Shown in pieces: positions 11,403 through 20,478 of a stretch of DNA of 64,000 nucleotides; the first letter of the stretch is position 1; every line of letters starts with the position of its first letter. Made by a program: the position numbers and the translations under genes. The stretch is from Mycobacteriales bacterium (GTDB taxonomy: Bacteria; Actinomycetota; Actinomycetes; Mycobacteriales; SCTD01). Location: the NCBI GenBank assembly GCA_035526225.1, contig DATLCV010000001.1, forward strand, positions 6,212-70,211, given 5' to 3'. Under the pieces are notes generated by a model. That model was given only the letters and a program-made list of their open reading frames with translations. It was not told the origin of the DNA and did not search any database.

Positions 11403-11659
11403 GTCCAGCCCACCGTAGTCGACCGTCCCTGCTCAGCGCTCCCGGCGGCGGTCGCGCGGAGGTACGGCGAACAGGATCCCGGACAACGATCGGGGGCGGG
11501 GGCGCACGGTCCTCCGAGCGTCAAGGCGCGCGAGGTCCGCGAGCAGCGACGCGCGTCGGCGCCACCAGGTCGCGTCCTGCTCGGGCCCCTGCATGGAAGG
11601 GAGTCTGAGTCGCGCCAAGCAGACCCAAACCTGGGAGGACGAGCCCCGCGGAAGGAGGC

Positions 11660-11881
11660 ATGAAAGCACGCCGGAGCGGACACCCTCAGGACATGGGACA
11701 CGTCGCGACGGTGGAGACCACGAACGTCGACCCGCGGCCGTTCATGCCGCCGGAGGAAGCGGGCATCCAGCACCAGGCCACCTGCTCCGAGTGCGACTGG
11801 AAGGGCCCGGTGCACGTCGACTCGGAGAACTCCGAGCACGACGCGACGAAGGACGCCGAGCAGCACGAGCTCGAGACCTAG
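11660..11881 (+). CDS. Small hypothetical acidic protein (62-73 aa)
   Basis: High GC3. Contains one CxxC (CSECDW). The start is ambiguous: ATG 11660 sits right after GGAAGGAGG, and ATG 11693 is the alternative. No family recognised. Confidence 0.45.
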   Translation: MKARRSGHPQDMGHVATVETTNVDPRPFMPPEEAGIQHQATCSECDWKGPVHVDSENSEHDATKDAEQHELET

Positions 11882-12342
11882 CCGCACTCCTCCAGCACGG
11901 TCATGTACCACCCCGACCGCCGGGCCGGGCCGACGGTGAACAGCGCTGTGCCGGGCTTGTCGGTCTGGCGGTAGCCGATCCCGTGGTCGCGTCCGCTGTA
12001 CCCCGAAGGGAAGTCGTGGGTGAACGAGCAGCCGTAGTCCTTGCGGTACTTGTTGTACTCGCAGTGGTCGAGCTGCAGGTTCACCGCCTCGACCCGCATC
12101 GACTCCAGCGCCTCCCGGGCACTCGGCGTGGTGACGCGCTTGAGGGACACCAGGTCGTGCCGGTTCCACGCGTCCGCGAGGTAGCTCATCGCCGCCTCGG
12201 GGGTCGTGAAGGACGGGATCGGGGCCGGCGTGGGTGAACCGGTCGGCGACACGGACGGGGTGGGCGCGGAGAGCGTTTCGGGCGAGCTCGAACCGCACGC
12301 GGCCGCGAGGGCCAAGACGACGAGGGCGAGCACGCGTCTCAC
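11878..12342 (-). CDS. Hypothetical lipoprotein
   Basis: Signal peptide with lipobox LAAAC, a Pro/Ser/Thr linker, then a ~100-aa globular part. Lies directly downstream of cobC on the same strand. Confidence 0.7.
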   Translation of the reverse strand: MRRVLALVVLALAAACGSSSPETLSAPTPSVSPTGSPTPAPIPSFTTPEAAMSYLADAWNRHDLVSLKRVTTPSAREALESMRVEAVNLQLDHCEYNKYRKDYGCSFTHDFPSGYSGRDHGIGYRQTDKPGTALFTVGPARRSGWYMTVLEECG

Positions 12343-12381
12343 GGGCGGTCCTTCCAGCAGGGTGTGCGCAGCATGCCAGCC

Positions 12382-13425
12382 CTAGGCGAGCACCGTGCGC
12401 AAGGCGTCGAGCAGCGTGTCGCTGGTATCCGCGGAACGAACCGCCGTGCGCCAGTGCTCAACCGTGAGCCCCGGGAACGTGTCACACCGGCGTACGGCGA
12501 TCCCCAGCTCCCGCAGGCGATCTCGTACGTCGGGCCGCCCCGGCACCCGACAGAGCAGGTAGGGCGCGACGCTGCCGGGCGAGACCTCCACTCCGAGCAC
12601 CGCCAACCCCTGCGCCAGGCGGTCGCGCTCCTCCGCGAGAGCTCCCGCCTCCCGCTCGGCCTGCTTCACCGGACCGCGGCCGAGGCACACGTCGAGAGCA
12701 GCGAGCGCGGGCGTCGACACCGACCACAGCGGCTGCGCCGCCCGCAGGACCGTGACGAGGTCCGGCGGCGCGAGCAGGTATCCCACCCGGAGCCCTGCCA
12801 GGGCCCACGTCTTGGTCAGCGACCGGACGACCACCAGCCCCGGGAGTGACTGCGACGCAAGGGATCCCGGCTCCCCGGGGATCGCGTCCATGAACGCCTC
12901 GTCGACCACCGTCACACGGCCAGGGCGGCACAGCTCTTCCAGCCGCTCGTGGAGGACCCCCGTCGGGTTGGTGGGGTTGCCGATGACGACCAGGTCGGCG
13001 TCGTCCGGCACCGCAGACGGGTCGAGCACGTACGGCGGCTCGAGCACGAGCCGCTCCACGGCGTGCCCCGCGGCCAGCAAGGCAGCCTCGGGCTCGGTGA
13101 ACGACGGGTGCACGCACACCGCCCGCAGCGGCCGCAGCGCCCGCGCGATGAGCACGAACGCCTCCGCCGCGCCGGCCGTGACGAGCACCTCCTCGGGCGC
13201 ACGCGCGTGTCGGCGGGCCACCGTCTCGGTGGCGAACCGCGGATCGGGGTAGGCCGCGAGCTGACGCAAGGACCGCTCCAGGCGGCTCACCAGCCAGGGC
13301 GGGGGCTCGGTGCCGCGCACGTTCACGGCGAGGTCGAGCAGCCCCGCATGCACCTCCGCGTCGCCGTGGTGCCGGAGCTCCGCGGGCACGGGCGGGCGCA
13401 GCGGGTCAGGGGCGCTCGTGCTCAT
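12382..13425 (-). CDS. cobC: PLP-dependent threonine-phosphate decarboxylase-like enzyme (CobC/CobD aminotransferase class I/II family)
   Basis: PLP-lysine context VVRSLTKTWALAGLRVGY and NPTNPTG are present, and the gene sits in the cob operon. I chose the ATG at 13425 (MSTSAPDP...). It overlaps the cbiX 3' end by 20 nt. Confidence 0.8.
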   Translation of the reverse strand: MSTSAPDPLRPPVPAELRHHGDAEVHAGLLDLAVNVRGTEPPPWLVSRLERSLRQLAAYPDPRFATETVARRHARAPEEVLVTAGAAEAFVLIARALRPLRAVCVHPSFTEPEAALLAAGHAVERLVLEPPYVLDPSAVPDDADLVVIGNPTNPTGVLHERLEELCRPGRVTVVDEAFMDAIPGEPGSLASQSLPGLVVVRSLTKTWALAGLRVGYLLAPPDLVTVLRAAQPLWSVSTPALAALDVCLGRGPVKQAEREAGALAEERDRLAQGLAVLGVEVSPGSVAPYLLCRVPGRPDVRDRLRELGIAVRRCDTFPGLTVEHWRTAVRSADTSDTLLDALRTVLA

Positions 13426-14296
13426 GCCCGTGATCGTGGCCGTGATCGTGAGTCGGGTCGTCCGGGTGGTGGTGCGGCCTCTGCGGCAGGCCGAGCTTGT
13501 CCTCGAAGCCGGGAAGCAGCACGCGGTAGGCACAGGTGTCGCAGTTCATCCGAAGGTCTTCTCCCGCCACCTCGGCCCAGCGCTCGATCACCAGGTCGGC
13601 CAGCCGGTCCGACGGCCCGATGAGCGCGGCCATCAGCACCTCGTGGTCGGGGTGGTCGCCTGCCCAGGCATGACCCTGAGCCACGATCCGGTCGGGCAGC
13701 ACCCCCGCGAACAGGAAGTACGGCAGCACGACGATCCGCTTGAACCCCAAGCGCTCTGCGCGGTCCAACCCGGCCGGTACGCCGGGCTGCGCCAGGCTGA
13801 CGAACGCGGTCTCCACCGTGCCCAGGCCGCGCCCCTCGAGCATCAGCCGGGCGACCTTGGCGACCTCGGCGTTGGCATCGGGGTCGGTGGCCCCACGGCC
13901 GACGAGGACGACGCCCGTGTCGGGCCACGCGTCCTGCGGCACCACATCCGTGAGCCGGTCGGCGAGCTCTTCGAGGAGCAGCGGGTGCGGTCCCAGGGGT
14001 CGGCCGTACCGGAAGGTCAGCCCTGGGTGCCGACGTCGCTCGCGCTCCAGCGCCGCGGGGATGTCGCCCTTGCTGTGCCCGGCCGCGACCAGCACGAGCG
14101 GCACGACGTCGACGGTGGTGTGCCCGGCCGCGACGAGGCGGGCCACGGCGTCCTGGATCGGCGGCGCGGCGAGCTCGAGAAAGCCGCCCTCCACGGCCGC
14201 GTCCGTGCGGCCCCGCACCAGGTCCACGAGCCGAGCGAACTCCGCCACACCGGCCTCGTCCGTCGTCCCGTGCCCGACGACCAGCAGCGCGCTCAT
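13406..14296 (-). CDS. cbiX: Sirohydrochlorin cobaltochelatase/ferrochelatase, long CbiX type
   Basis: Two CbiX repeats (LLVVGHGT..., VVLVGRGATD...). C-terminal MNCDTC (MxCxxC) and His-rich tail HHHPDDPTHDHGHDHGHEHE. Confidence 0.85.
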   Translation of the reverse strand: MSALLVVGHGTTDEAGVAEFARLVDLVRGRTDAAVEGGFLELAAPPIQDAVARLVAAGHTTVDVVPLVLVAAGHSKGDIPAALERERRRHPGLTFRYGRPLGPHPLLLEELADRLTDVVPQDAWPDTGVVLVGRGATDPDANAEVAKVARLMLEGRGLGTVETAFVSLAQPGVPAGLDRAERLGFKRIVVLPYFLFAGVLPDRIVAQGHAWAGDHPDHEVLMAALIGPSDRLADLVIERWAEVAGEDLRMNCDTCAYRVLLPGFEDKLGLPQRPHHHPDDPTHDHGHDHGHEHERP

Positions 14297-14874
14297 GGGA
14301 GGTCCGTGTAGAGCAGGGCGTTGAGCGCGGCCGCGGCGACGGCCGAGCCGCCCTTCTCGCTCACGTTGGACACCGCGGGCAGGCCCGACTCACGCAGCGC
14401 GGCCTTGGACTCCGCGGCTCCGACGAAGCCGACGGGCAGCCCGATGACGAGGGCCGGTTGGTACTCCCCCGCAACCAGCTCGAACAGCGCGGTCGGCGCG
14501 CAGCCGACGACCCACACCGCGCCCGGCCCGACCTCCTCGAACGCGAGCCTGATGGCGGCGGCCGAGCGGGTCAGGTCCTCGCGCGCGACCGCGGAGCGCA
14601 CGCGGCACACGACCTCGCGGGTCGTGATGCCGGCGGCGACCATCTGCACGTCGGCGACCACCGGGGCTCCGGCGCGCAGCGCCTCCCACCCCTGCACGAG
14701 TGACGGCTCCGACAGCACCAGGTCCGAGACGTAGTCGAGGTCGGCGCTGCTGTGCACCACCCGCTCCACCACGGCCCGGCTCAGCGTCGGCAGGTGCCCG
14801 AGGTCCACACGCGAGCGCAAGATCGCGAACGACTCCTGCTCGATCGGGTGCACCGCGTCTCTCACGAGAACCAC
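14293..14874 (-). CDS. cobH: Precorrin-8X methylmutase
   Basis: VHSSADLDY, VVGCAPTAL and GLPVGFVGAAESK are CobH/CbiC motifs. An alternative GTG start at 14865 gives a GTGA overlap with the cobA stop. Confidence 0.9.
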   Translation of the reverse strand: MVLVRDAVHPIEQESFAILRSRVDLGHLPTLSRAVVERVVHSSADLDYVSDLVLSEPSLVQGWEALRAGAPVVADVQMVAAGITTREVVCRVRSAVAREDLTRSAAAIRLAFEEVGPGAVWVVGCAPTALFELVAGEYQPALVIGLPVGFVGAAESKAALRESGLPAVSNVSEKGGSAVAAAALNALLYTDLP

Positions 14875-15611
14875 TGCAGCTTCTCCCTCAGGCGGACGAC
14901 CTCACCGACGACCGTGGCGACGGGTGCCTTGAGCCCGGCTGCGGCGACGTCGTCGGCCAGCGTCGCGAGGGTCCCGACGACCACGCGCTGGTCGGCGGTC
15001 GTACCGCGTTCGATGCAGGCGGCCGGGGTCTCCGCCGGCCGACCGTGGCGGATGAGGCCCTGGGTCAGCACCGGGAGCCGGTCGTGGCCCATCAGGATGA
15101 CGAGGGTCCCCGGACCGGTGGCGAGCGCCTGCCAGCGCACCTGGCTCGCCGGGTCGTCCGGGTCGAGGTGTCCGGTCACCACGCAGACGTCCTGGGTGTA
15201 GCCGCGCGCCGTGACCGGGATCCCGGCGTACGCCGGAGCAGCGACGGCACTGGAGACACCCGGGACGACCTCGAACGAGATGCCCTCTGCCACCAGGGCT
15301 TCAGCCTCCTCCGAGCCACGGCCGAACACGAACGGGTCCCCACCCTTGAGCCGCACGACGCGCTTTCCTGCCTGCGCGTGCTTCACGAGGAGCGCGCTGA
15401 TCTCCTCCTGCCGCGGGGCCGTGCCGGTCCAGCTGGTCTTGCCGACGTCGACCACCTCGGCACCGTCGCGGACGTGCCCGAGGATCGCGGGGTCGACCAG
15501 CCGGTCGACGAGCACGACGTCGGCCTCGCCGAGCAGCTGCGCTGCCTTCAGGGTGAGCAGCCCCGGGTCGCCAGGGCCCGCGCCCACCAGCGCCACCGTC
15601 CCCGGCCTCAT
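14862..15611 (-). CDS. cobA: Uroporphyrinogen-III C-methyltransferase (SUMT)
   Basis: VALVGAGPGDPGLLTLKA, RLKGGDPFVFGRG, VVPGVSSA. The ATG at 15611 forms an ATGA overlap with the ferredoxin stop. The longer ORF-track N-extension was rejected. Confidence 0.9.
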   Translation of the reverse strand: MRPGTVALVGAGPGDPGLLTLKAAQLLGEADVVLVDRLVDPAILGHVRDGAEVVDVGKTSWTGTAPRQEEISALLVKHAQAGKRVVRLKGGDPFVFGRGSEEAEALVAEGISFEVVPGVSSAVAAPAYAGIPVTARGYTQDVCVVTGHLDPDDPASQVRWQALATGPGTLVILMGHDRLPVLTQGLIRHGRPAETPAACIERGTTADQRVVVGTLATLADDVAAAGLKAPVATVVGEVVRLREKLQWFS

Positions 15612-15790
15612 GCGAGCACCCGGGTGATGGCGTCGGTCGGGCAGACCTCGACGCACTCGCCGCAGTCGGTGCAGCGGTCGGCGCGCACCACCAGCGGCAC
15701 GCCGGCCACGAACGCGTGGGCGGGGCAGGTCAGCAGGCAGGCTCCGCACGCCGTACAGGCCTCGGAGACCAGGTAGGTCACGGCATCCAC
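15608..15790 (-). CDS. 2x[4Fe-4S] ferredoxin
   Basis: Two CxxCxxCxxxCP motifs (CTACGACLLTCP and CTDCGECVEVCP) in 57-60 aa. An alternative GTG at 15781 gives a GTGA overlap with the upstream stop. Confidence 0.85.
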   Translation of the reverse strand: MDAVTYLVSEACTACGACLLTCPAHAFVAGVPLVVRADRCTDCGECVEVCPTDAITRVLA

Positions 15791-17412
15791 CGGTACCCCC
15801 GCGGGGTCACGAAGCGGCCGGCGACGACGGTGCTCTGCGACGAGCCGACGGTCACCAGGGAGTACATGCCGACGGTCTCCACGTCGAGCTCCGCGAGCGT
15901 GCTGAGCACCACCTGCTGGCCCTCTCGCGACGCGTGCGTCACGACACCCACCGGGGTCGTGGGCGGGCGGTGGTCCGACAGGATGGCGAGCGCCTTGGGC
16001 AGCTGCCAGTCACGTCCGCGGCTGCGGGGGTTGTAGAAGCTCACGACCAGGTCCCCCTCGGCGGCGGCCCGGACGCGCTGCTCGATCGCCTCCCACGGCG
16101 TGTGCAGGTCACTGAGGCTGATCGAGGCGTGGTCGTGGCCGAGCGGCGCGCCGAGCAGCGCACCCGCCGCGAGCGCCGCCGTGACGCCCGGCACGACCTC
16201 GACGTCGATGTCCTCCCCGGCCACCTCGAGCGCGGGCGAGGCCATCGCGTAGACCTGCGCGTCCCCGCTGCCGAGCAGCGCGACGGCGTGCCCCTCAGCC
16301 GCGAGGGCCACGGCCGAGTGCGCGCGCTCCTCCTCCTTGCCCAGCCCGGTCTCCACGAGGCGGGTGCCGGGTCGGGCCAGGTCGCGCACCTGGTCGACGT
16401 ACTGGTCGAGGCCGACCCACACCGAGCTGGAGCGCAGCGCCTCCACCGCCCGCGGTGTCAGCAGGTCACGCGCACCGGGCCCGAGACCGACCACGCTGAG
16501 CCGCCCCCGCGGCCGGATCCGCGACACCGCCAGGGTTGCCATCGGGCTCTTGGTCTTCTCCACCACGAGGTCGCCGTGCTGCAGCGCCGCCGCCTCGGCG
16601 ACGCTCGGCGTGCCCACCGCCTCCAGCGGGTGCGGCGAGGGGTTCGGCACCGGGGTCGCCGCCAGCAGCGATGCGGGGTGCGTCACGAGCGGCCACCCGG
16701 TCTTGGCGCACAGCCCGACGATGCCGCCCTCGTCGGCCTTCGCGTCGACCGTCGCGACGTGCGACACCGACATCGTGGAGAGCCTGTGCGCGGCCAGCGT
16801 CGTGACGACGAGCTCCTCGAGCTCCTCCACCTTCACGCCCTTGCTGGCGCCGATGCCGAGCACGAGCGACGGCGGGCGCAGCACCACGTCGGCGTCGACG
16901 ACCCGGTCGGTGACGGCGAGGACGAGCTCACCCTCGGTGCCGACGGGCAGCGGCGGGATCGGGTGGACCGGGTCCATCTCCAACCGCACCGCCTCGCCGT
17001 CGAGCAGCGCACGACTGACCCGGGCCACATCGCCCTCTGCCGGCCAGCTCCAGGTGTCCAGGCCGGGCAGCCCCATGGCGTCGGTCCCGGTCGTCACGAC
17101 CGGCTCGCAACCGAGCAGGTCCGCGACCTGCTGCGCGAGGTCGTTCGCGCCGCCGGCGTGACCGCCTACGAGCGCCACCGCGAAGCGGCGCCCCTCGTCG
17201 ACGCAGACGACGCCTGGGTCGGTGCGCTTGTCGCTCAGCAGGGGAGCCAGCAGCCGCACGGCGGCACCCGTGGCCAGGAACAGCACCAGCGCCTCGCACT
17301 CGGCCCAGGCCCGCGAGAGCTCGCGGACGTCGTACCGCTTGGTCTCCCCGAGACAGGAGATCTCGGTGGCGGCCCGGCGGCCCGCGGCGGTCGTGGTGAC
17401 GAGGCCGATCAT
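15778..17412 (-). CDS. cobJ: CbiG-like domain fused to precorrin-3B C17-methyltransferase (CobJ/CbiH)
   Basis: The N-terminal ~300 aa resemble CbiG (GGHAGGANDLA..., LGIGASKG). The C-terminal part is a tetrapyrrole methylase (LSVVGLGPGARDLLT, VVPGVTAA). The ATG at 17412 forms an ATGA overlap with the cobL stop. The 783-aa ORF-track version has an Arg/Gly-rich extension overlapping cobL and was rejected. Confidence 0.88.
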   Translation of the reverse strand: MIGLVTTTAAGRRAATEISCLGETKRYDVRELSRAWAECEALVLFLATGAAVRLLAPLLSDKRTDPGVVCVDEGRRFAVALVGGHAGGANDLAQQVADLLGCEPVVTTGTDAMGLPGLDTWSWPAEGDVARVSRALLDGEAVRLEMDPVHPIPPLPVGTEGELVLAVTDRVVDADVVLRPPSLVLGIGASKGVKVEELEELVVTTLAAHRLSTMSVSHVATVDAKADEGGIVGLCAKTGWPLVTHPASLLAATPVPNPSPHPLEAVGTPSVAEAAALQHGDLVVEKTKSPMATLAVSRIRPRGRLSVVGLGPGARDLLTPRAVEALRSSSVWVGLDQYVDQVRDLARPGTRLVETGLGKEEERAHSAVALAAEGHAVALLGSGDAQVYAMASPALEVAGEDIDVEVVPGVTAALAAGALLGAPLGHDHASISLSDLHTPWEAIEQRVRAAAEGDLVVSFYNPRSRGRDWQLPKALAILSDHRPPTTPVGVVTHASREGQQVVLSTLAELDVETVGMYSLVTVGSSQSTVVAGRFVTPRGYRWMP

Positions 17413-18581
17413 CTCGGAGTCCCCCACAGCACGAAGACGGGGTTGCTGGCGGCGAGCCCCGTGGCCTCGCCGAGCGCACGCAGCCGGCTGGCCTGCAGCT
17501 GCACCCCGTCCACCTGGTACGGCGAGAGCGCCCGCTGCACCTCGGCCACCCGGTCGAGAGCGGCCAGCGCCACCACGACGACGCGGGGCTTGCGCTCCAG
17601 TGCCGCGTGGACGATCTCGACGACCTGCTCGCCACCACCACCGACGAAGACGGCGTCCGGGTCGGGCAGGTCGTCCAGGGCGGCGGGTGCCGCGCCCTGC
17701 ACCACGAGCACGTCGACACCGAAGCGCGCGACGTTGGTGCTCAGGTGGTCCAGCGGTCCCTGCTCCACCGCGACCACCGCCGCGCCGAGACGTGCGCACT
17801 CCACGGCGACGGAGCCGCTGCCGGCGCCGACGTCCCACACCAGGTCGCCCAGGCGCGGACCGAGCCGTGCGAGGACGAGAGCGCGCACCTCGGCCTTGGT
17901 CACCATGGCGTCGCGGTGGCTGAAGGCCTCCTCGGGCAGCGCCCACTCCCCCGGCTGCTCCCGACCTGCGAGCCACCCCATGCCGGACCGCACCGACCGC
18001 GTGCGGTCGACGACGAGCACGACGTTGGGCTCCTCCCAGGACTGCGCGGCCGCGTCTTCGGGCGAGACCCAGCGGCAGCGCTCCTCCGGCGTGCCGAGAC
18101 GCTCTGCGACGAACAGCCCGCGCTCCCACCCGACCAGGCCCGCTCCGAGCACATCAGGCCCCGAGCCGGGCCCCGTGAGAACGGCGACCTTCGGGTGGGC
18201 GCGGCAGACGTTCAGCGCCGGGCGGGCGCTGCGGCCGTGCGCGCTGACGACGACCGCGTCGTCCCAGGGCAGACCGGCGCGGGCGAAGGCGACCTGCACG
18301 CTGGACAGCGCCAGCAGCACCTCGACCTCGTCGGTGAGCTCGCGGAGCCGGCGGACCGGGCCGAACAGCCCGGGGTCGCCGCTGGCGAGCACCACGCCGT
18401 CGCCGTCCAGGGCCAGCAGCGCCTGCAGGTCCTCGCTGATGCTCGACCAGGTGCGCGTGGGCGTCCCCTCGGGCAGCGTCGCGAGGTGCCGTGCGCCGCC
18501 GACCACCAGCTCGGCGCCCGCGACACGGTCGCGAGCCTCGCGAGACAGCTCGTTCCCGTCGTACCCGACGACGGTGATCAC
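17409..18581 (-). CDS. cobL: Precorrin-6Y C5,15-methyltransferase (decarboxylating), CbiE+CbiT fusion
   Basis: The CbiE-like N-terminal half begins ITVVGYDG.... The CbiT-like SAM motif is VWDVGAGSGSVAVE. The GTG at 18581 overlaps the cbiD stop (GTGA). Confidence 0.88.
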   Translation of the reverse strand: MITVVGYDGNELSREARDRVAGAELVVGGARHLATLPEGTPTRTWSSISEDLQALLALDGDGVVLASGDPGLFGPVRRLRELTDEVEVLLALSSVQVAFARAGLPWDDAVVVSAHGRSARPALNVCRAHPKVAVLTGPGSGPDVLGAGLVGWERGLFVAERLGTPEERCRWVSPEDAAAQSWEEPNVVLVVDRTRSVRSGMGWLAGREQPGEWALPEEAFSHRDAMVTKAEVRALVLARLGPRLGDLVWDVGAGSGSVAVECARLGAAVVAVEQGPLDHLSTNVARFGVDVLVVQGAAPAALDDLPDPDAVFVGGGGEQVVEIVHAALERKPRVVVVALAALDRVAEVQRALSPYQVDGVQLQASRLRALGEATGLAASNPVFVLWGTPR

Positions 18582-19681
18582 GCGGCCACCCACTCGGGCC
18601 GGGTCGCCGCGACGACCCGACGGCCGGTGAAGTCGACCATGGCGACCTCGGCGTCGACGGACCCCTCGGTGAACCGCTGCAGCACGTCCTTCACCTGCGC
18701 GCACAGCTGGTCACCCGAGGTCCGCAGCACCCCGGCGCTCTCCCAGATCTCGTAGGCATGCCGAGCTGTGTTCGCCTGGCGCACCAGGGATGCGGTGCCC
18801 TCGTCGTACGCCGCGAGGACGTCGAGGGGGACCTTGGACCGCGTGTAGTGCGTCATCAGCACCCCACCGGCGAGCTTGGTGAGCTTGCCGACCATGCCGA
18901 CGAAGACCACCCGCCGCAGACCCTCCTCGGTCGCCTTGCGGAGCGCGGCGCCGGTGAAGTCACCGACCTCGACGAAGCACGTCTCCGGCAGGTCCGGGAG
19001 CATGACCATGGCGCCCTTCTCGGTGCGGCCACCCGTGCACAGGACGAGGGTGTCGAGGCCCTGGGCAGCCATGACGCTCACGGCCTGCACCACGGACGCG
19101 CGCCAGGACTCGGTGGAGAACGGCCGGACGACGCCGGTGGTGCCGAGGATGGAGATGCCGCCGAGAATGCCCAGGCGCGCGTTCGTGGTCTTCTTCGCGC
19201 GCTTCTCGCCGTCGGGCACCGAGATGACGACCCGCAGCCCGCGGTCCGTCACCTCGCGCACGGCCTGCGTGATCATCTCTCGCGGCACGGGGTTGATCGC
19301 CGGCCCGCCGACCTCCAGGCCGAGGCCGGGCTTGGTGACGACGCCGACCCCCACCCCGCCCTCGAGGACCAGGTCGTCGGCCCACGAGACGGTGGCCGTC
19401 AGCTCGGCGCCGTGGGTCACGTCAGGGTCGTCGCCGGCGTCCTTGACGACCACGGCGGTGGCTCGACCCCGGTCCAGCTCGCACCGGTGCACCGCGAACG
19501 AGACCCGCTGCCCGCTCGGCAGCGCGACGTCGACGTCGGTGACGACCCGCTGGTCGCGCAGGGCCAGGGCCGCCGCCTTGGCCGCGGCGGAGGAGCAGGT
19601 GCCCGTGGTCCAGCCTGAGCGCAGGGGGCCCCTGCGCGTCTTCGCGGTGCGCGGCAGGTCGGGCTCACGCAGCTCGCTCAC
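18578..19681 (-). CDS. cbiD: Cobalt-precorrin-5B (C1)-methyltransferase
   Basis: LRSGWTTGTCSSAAAKAA and downstream CbiD-wide similarity. The GTG start overlaps the cobM stop. Confidence 0.9.
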   Translation of the reverse strand: MSELREPDLPRTAKTRRGPLRSGWTTGTCSSAAAKAAALALRDQRVVTDVDVALPSGQRVSFAVHRCELDRGRATAVVVKDAGDDPDVTHGAELTATVSWADDLVLEGGVGVGVVTKPGLGLEVGGPAINPVPREMITQAVREVTDRGLRVVISVPDGEKRAKKTTNARLGILGGISILGTTGVVRPFSTESWRASVVQAVSVMAAQGLDTLVLCTGGRTEKGAMVMLPDLPETCFVEVGDFTGAALRKATEEGLRRVVFVGMVGKLTKLAGGVLMTHYTRSKVPLDVLAAYDEGTASLVRQANTARHAYEIWESAGVLRTSGDQLCAQVKDVLQRFTEGSVDAEVAMVDFTGRRVVAATRPEWVAA

Positions 19682-20478
19682 CTCGCGGCCCTCAGTGCGG
19701 CGCGGGCCTCCTGCGACTCCACCTTGCGGTGCTCGTGGAAGTGCCCGGGGTGGTACAGGTGCGACCGTGTCCCCCCCGCGCCGAGCGCAGGGCCGACCAG
19801 GACCAGCGTGTGCTTGTAGAGCTTGTGCTCCTTGACGCGCTCGGCGAGCTCACCCAGCCGGCACTCGAAGACCAGCTCGTCGGGCCACGTGGCGGCGTAG
19901 GCGACCACGCAGGGGGTGTCCTCGTCGTACGCGCCGGCGAGGAGCTCGGCCTGCAGGTGCTTGGTGCGCGCTGCGGACAGGAACAGCGCCATCGTGGTCC
20001 CGTGCTGGGCGAACGCGCGCACGGTCTCCCGCGGCGGCATCGGGGTCTTGCCGCCCTCGAGCCGGGTGAGCACGACCGACTGGGCGACCTCGGGGATCGT
20101 GAGCTCACGCTGCACGAGGGCTGCGACGGCGCTGAAGCTGCTGACACCGGGGACGACCTCGGTCTCGAGCCCGAGCGCGTGGCACAGCTCCACCTGCTCC
20201 TGCGTGCCACCCCACAGCGCCGGGTCGCCGGAGTGCACCCGCGCGATCCGCAGCCCCTCACGCGCGGCCCGCTCGTAGTGCTCGGTGATGCCCTCGAGCG
20301 AGTGCTCCGCGCTGTTCACGACCACAGCGTCGGGCCGCGCGTGCTGCAGCACGTCCTCGTGCACCAGGGACGCTGCCCAGATGACGATGTCGGCCTCGGC
20401 GATGCGCTGCGCGCCGCGCAGGGTGATGAGGTCGGCAGCGCCAGGTCCGGCGCCGACGAACGTCACGAGGCCCGTCAC
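19678..20478 (-). CDS. cobM: Precorrin-4 C11-methyltransferase
   Basis: VTFVGAGPGAADLITLRG, VHSGDPALWG, VVPGVSSF. Confidence 0.9.
   Translation of the reverse strand: MTGLVTFVGAGPGAADLITLRGAQRIAEADIVIWAASLVHEDVLQHARPDAVVVNSAEHSLEGITEHYERAAREGLRIARVHSGDPALWGGTQEQVELCHALGLETEVVPGVSSFSAVAALVQRELTIPEVAQSVVLTRLEGGKTPMPPRETVRAFAQHGTTMALFLSAARTKHLQAELLAGAYDEDTPCVVAYAATWPDELVFECRLGELAERVKEHKLYKHTLVLVGPALGAGGTRSHLYHPGHFHEHRKVESQEARAALRAAR

Noticed and set aside
17413-18129. N-terminal extension of the cbiG-cobJ ORF (the 783-aa version). Similar upstream extensions occur for cobI (to 21824), cobQ (to 40650), cobD (to 41657), cobO (to 23342), purU (to 27485) and npdG (to 4780).
   Set aside because: The extensions are Arg/Gly/Pro/Ala-rich and overlap the well-supported upstream gene in another frame. 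Conserved family N-termini begin exactly at internal ATG/GTG codons that form 4-nt overlaps with the upstream stops.
15934-18630. 898-aa plus-strand ORF opposite cbiG-cobJ and cobL
   Set aside because: The reason is the same: conserved methyltransferase motifs lie on the minus strand and the plus-strand product is Arg/Pro/Ser-rich.
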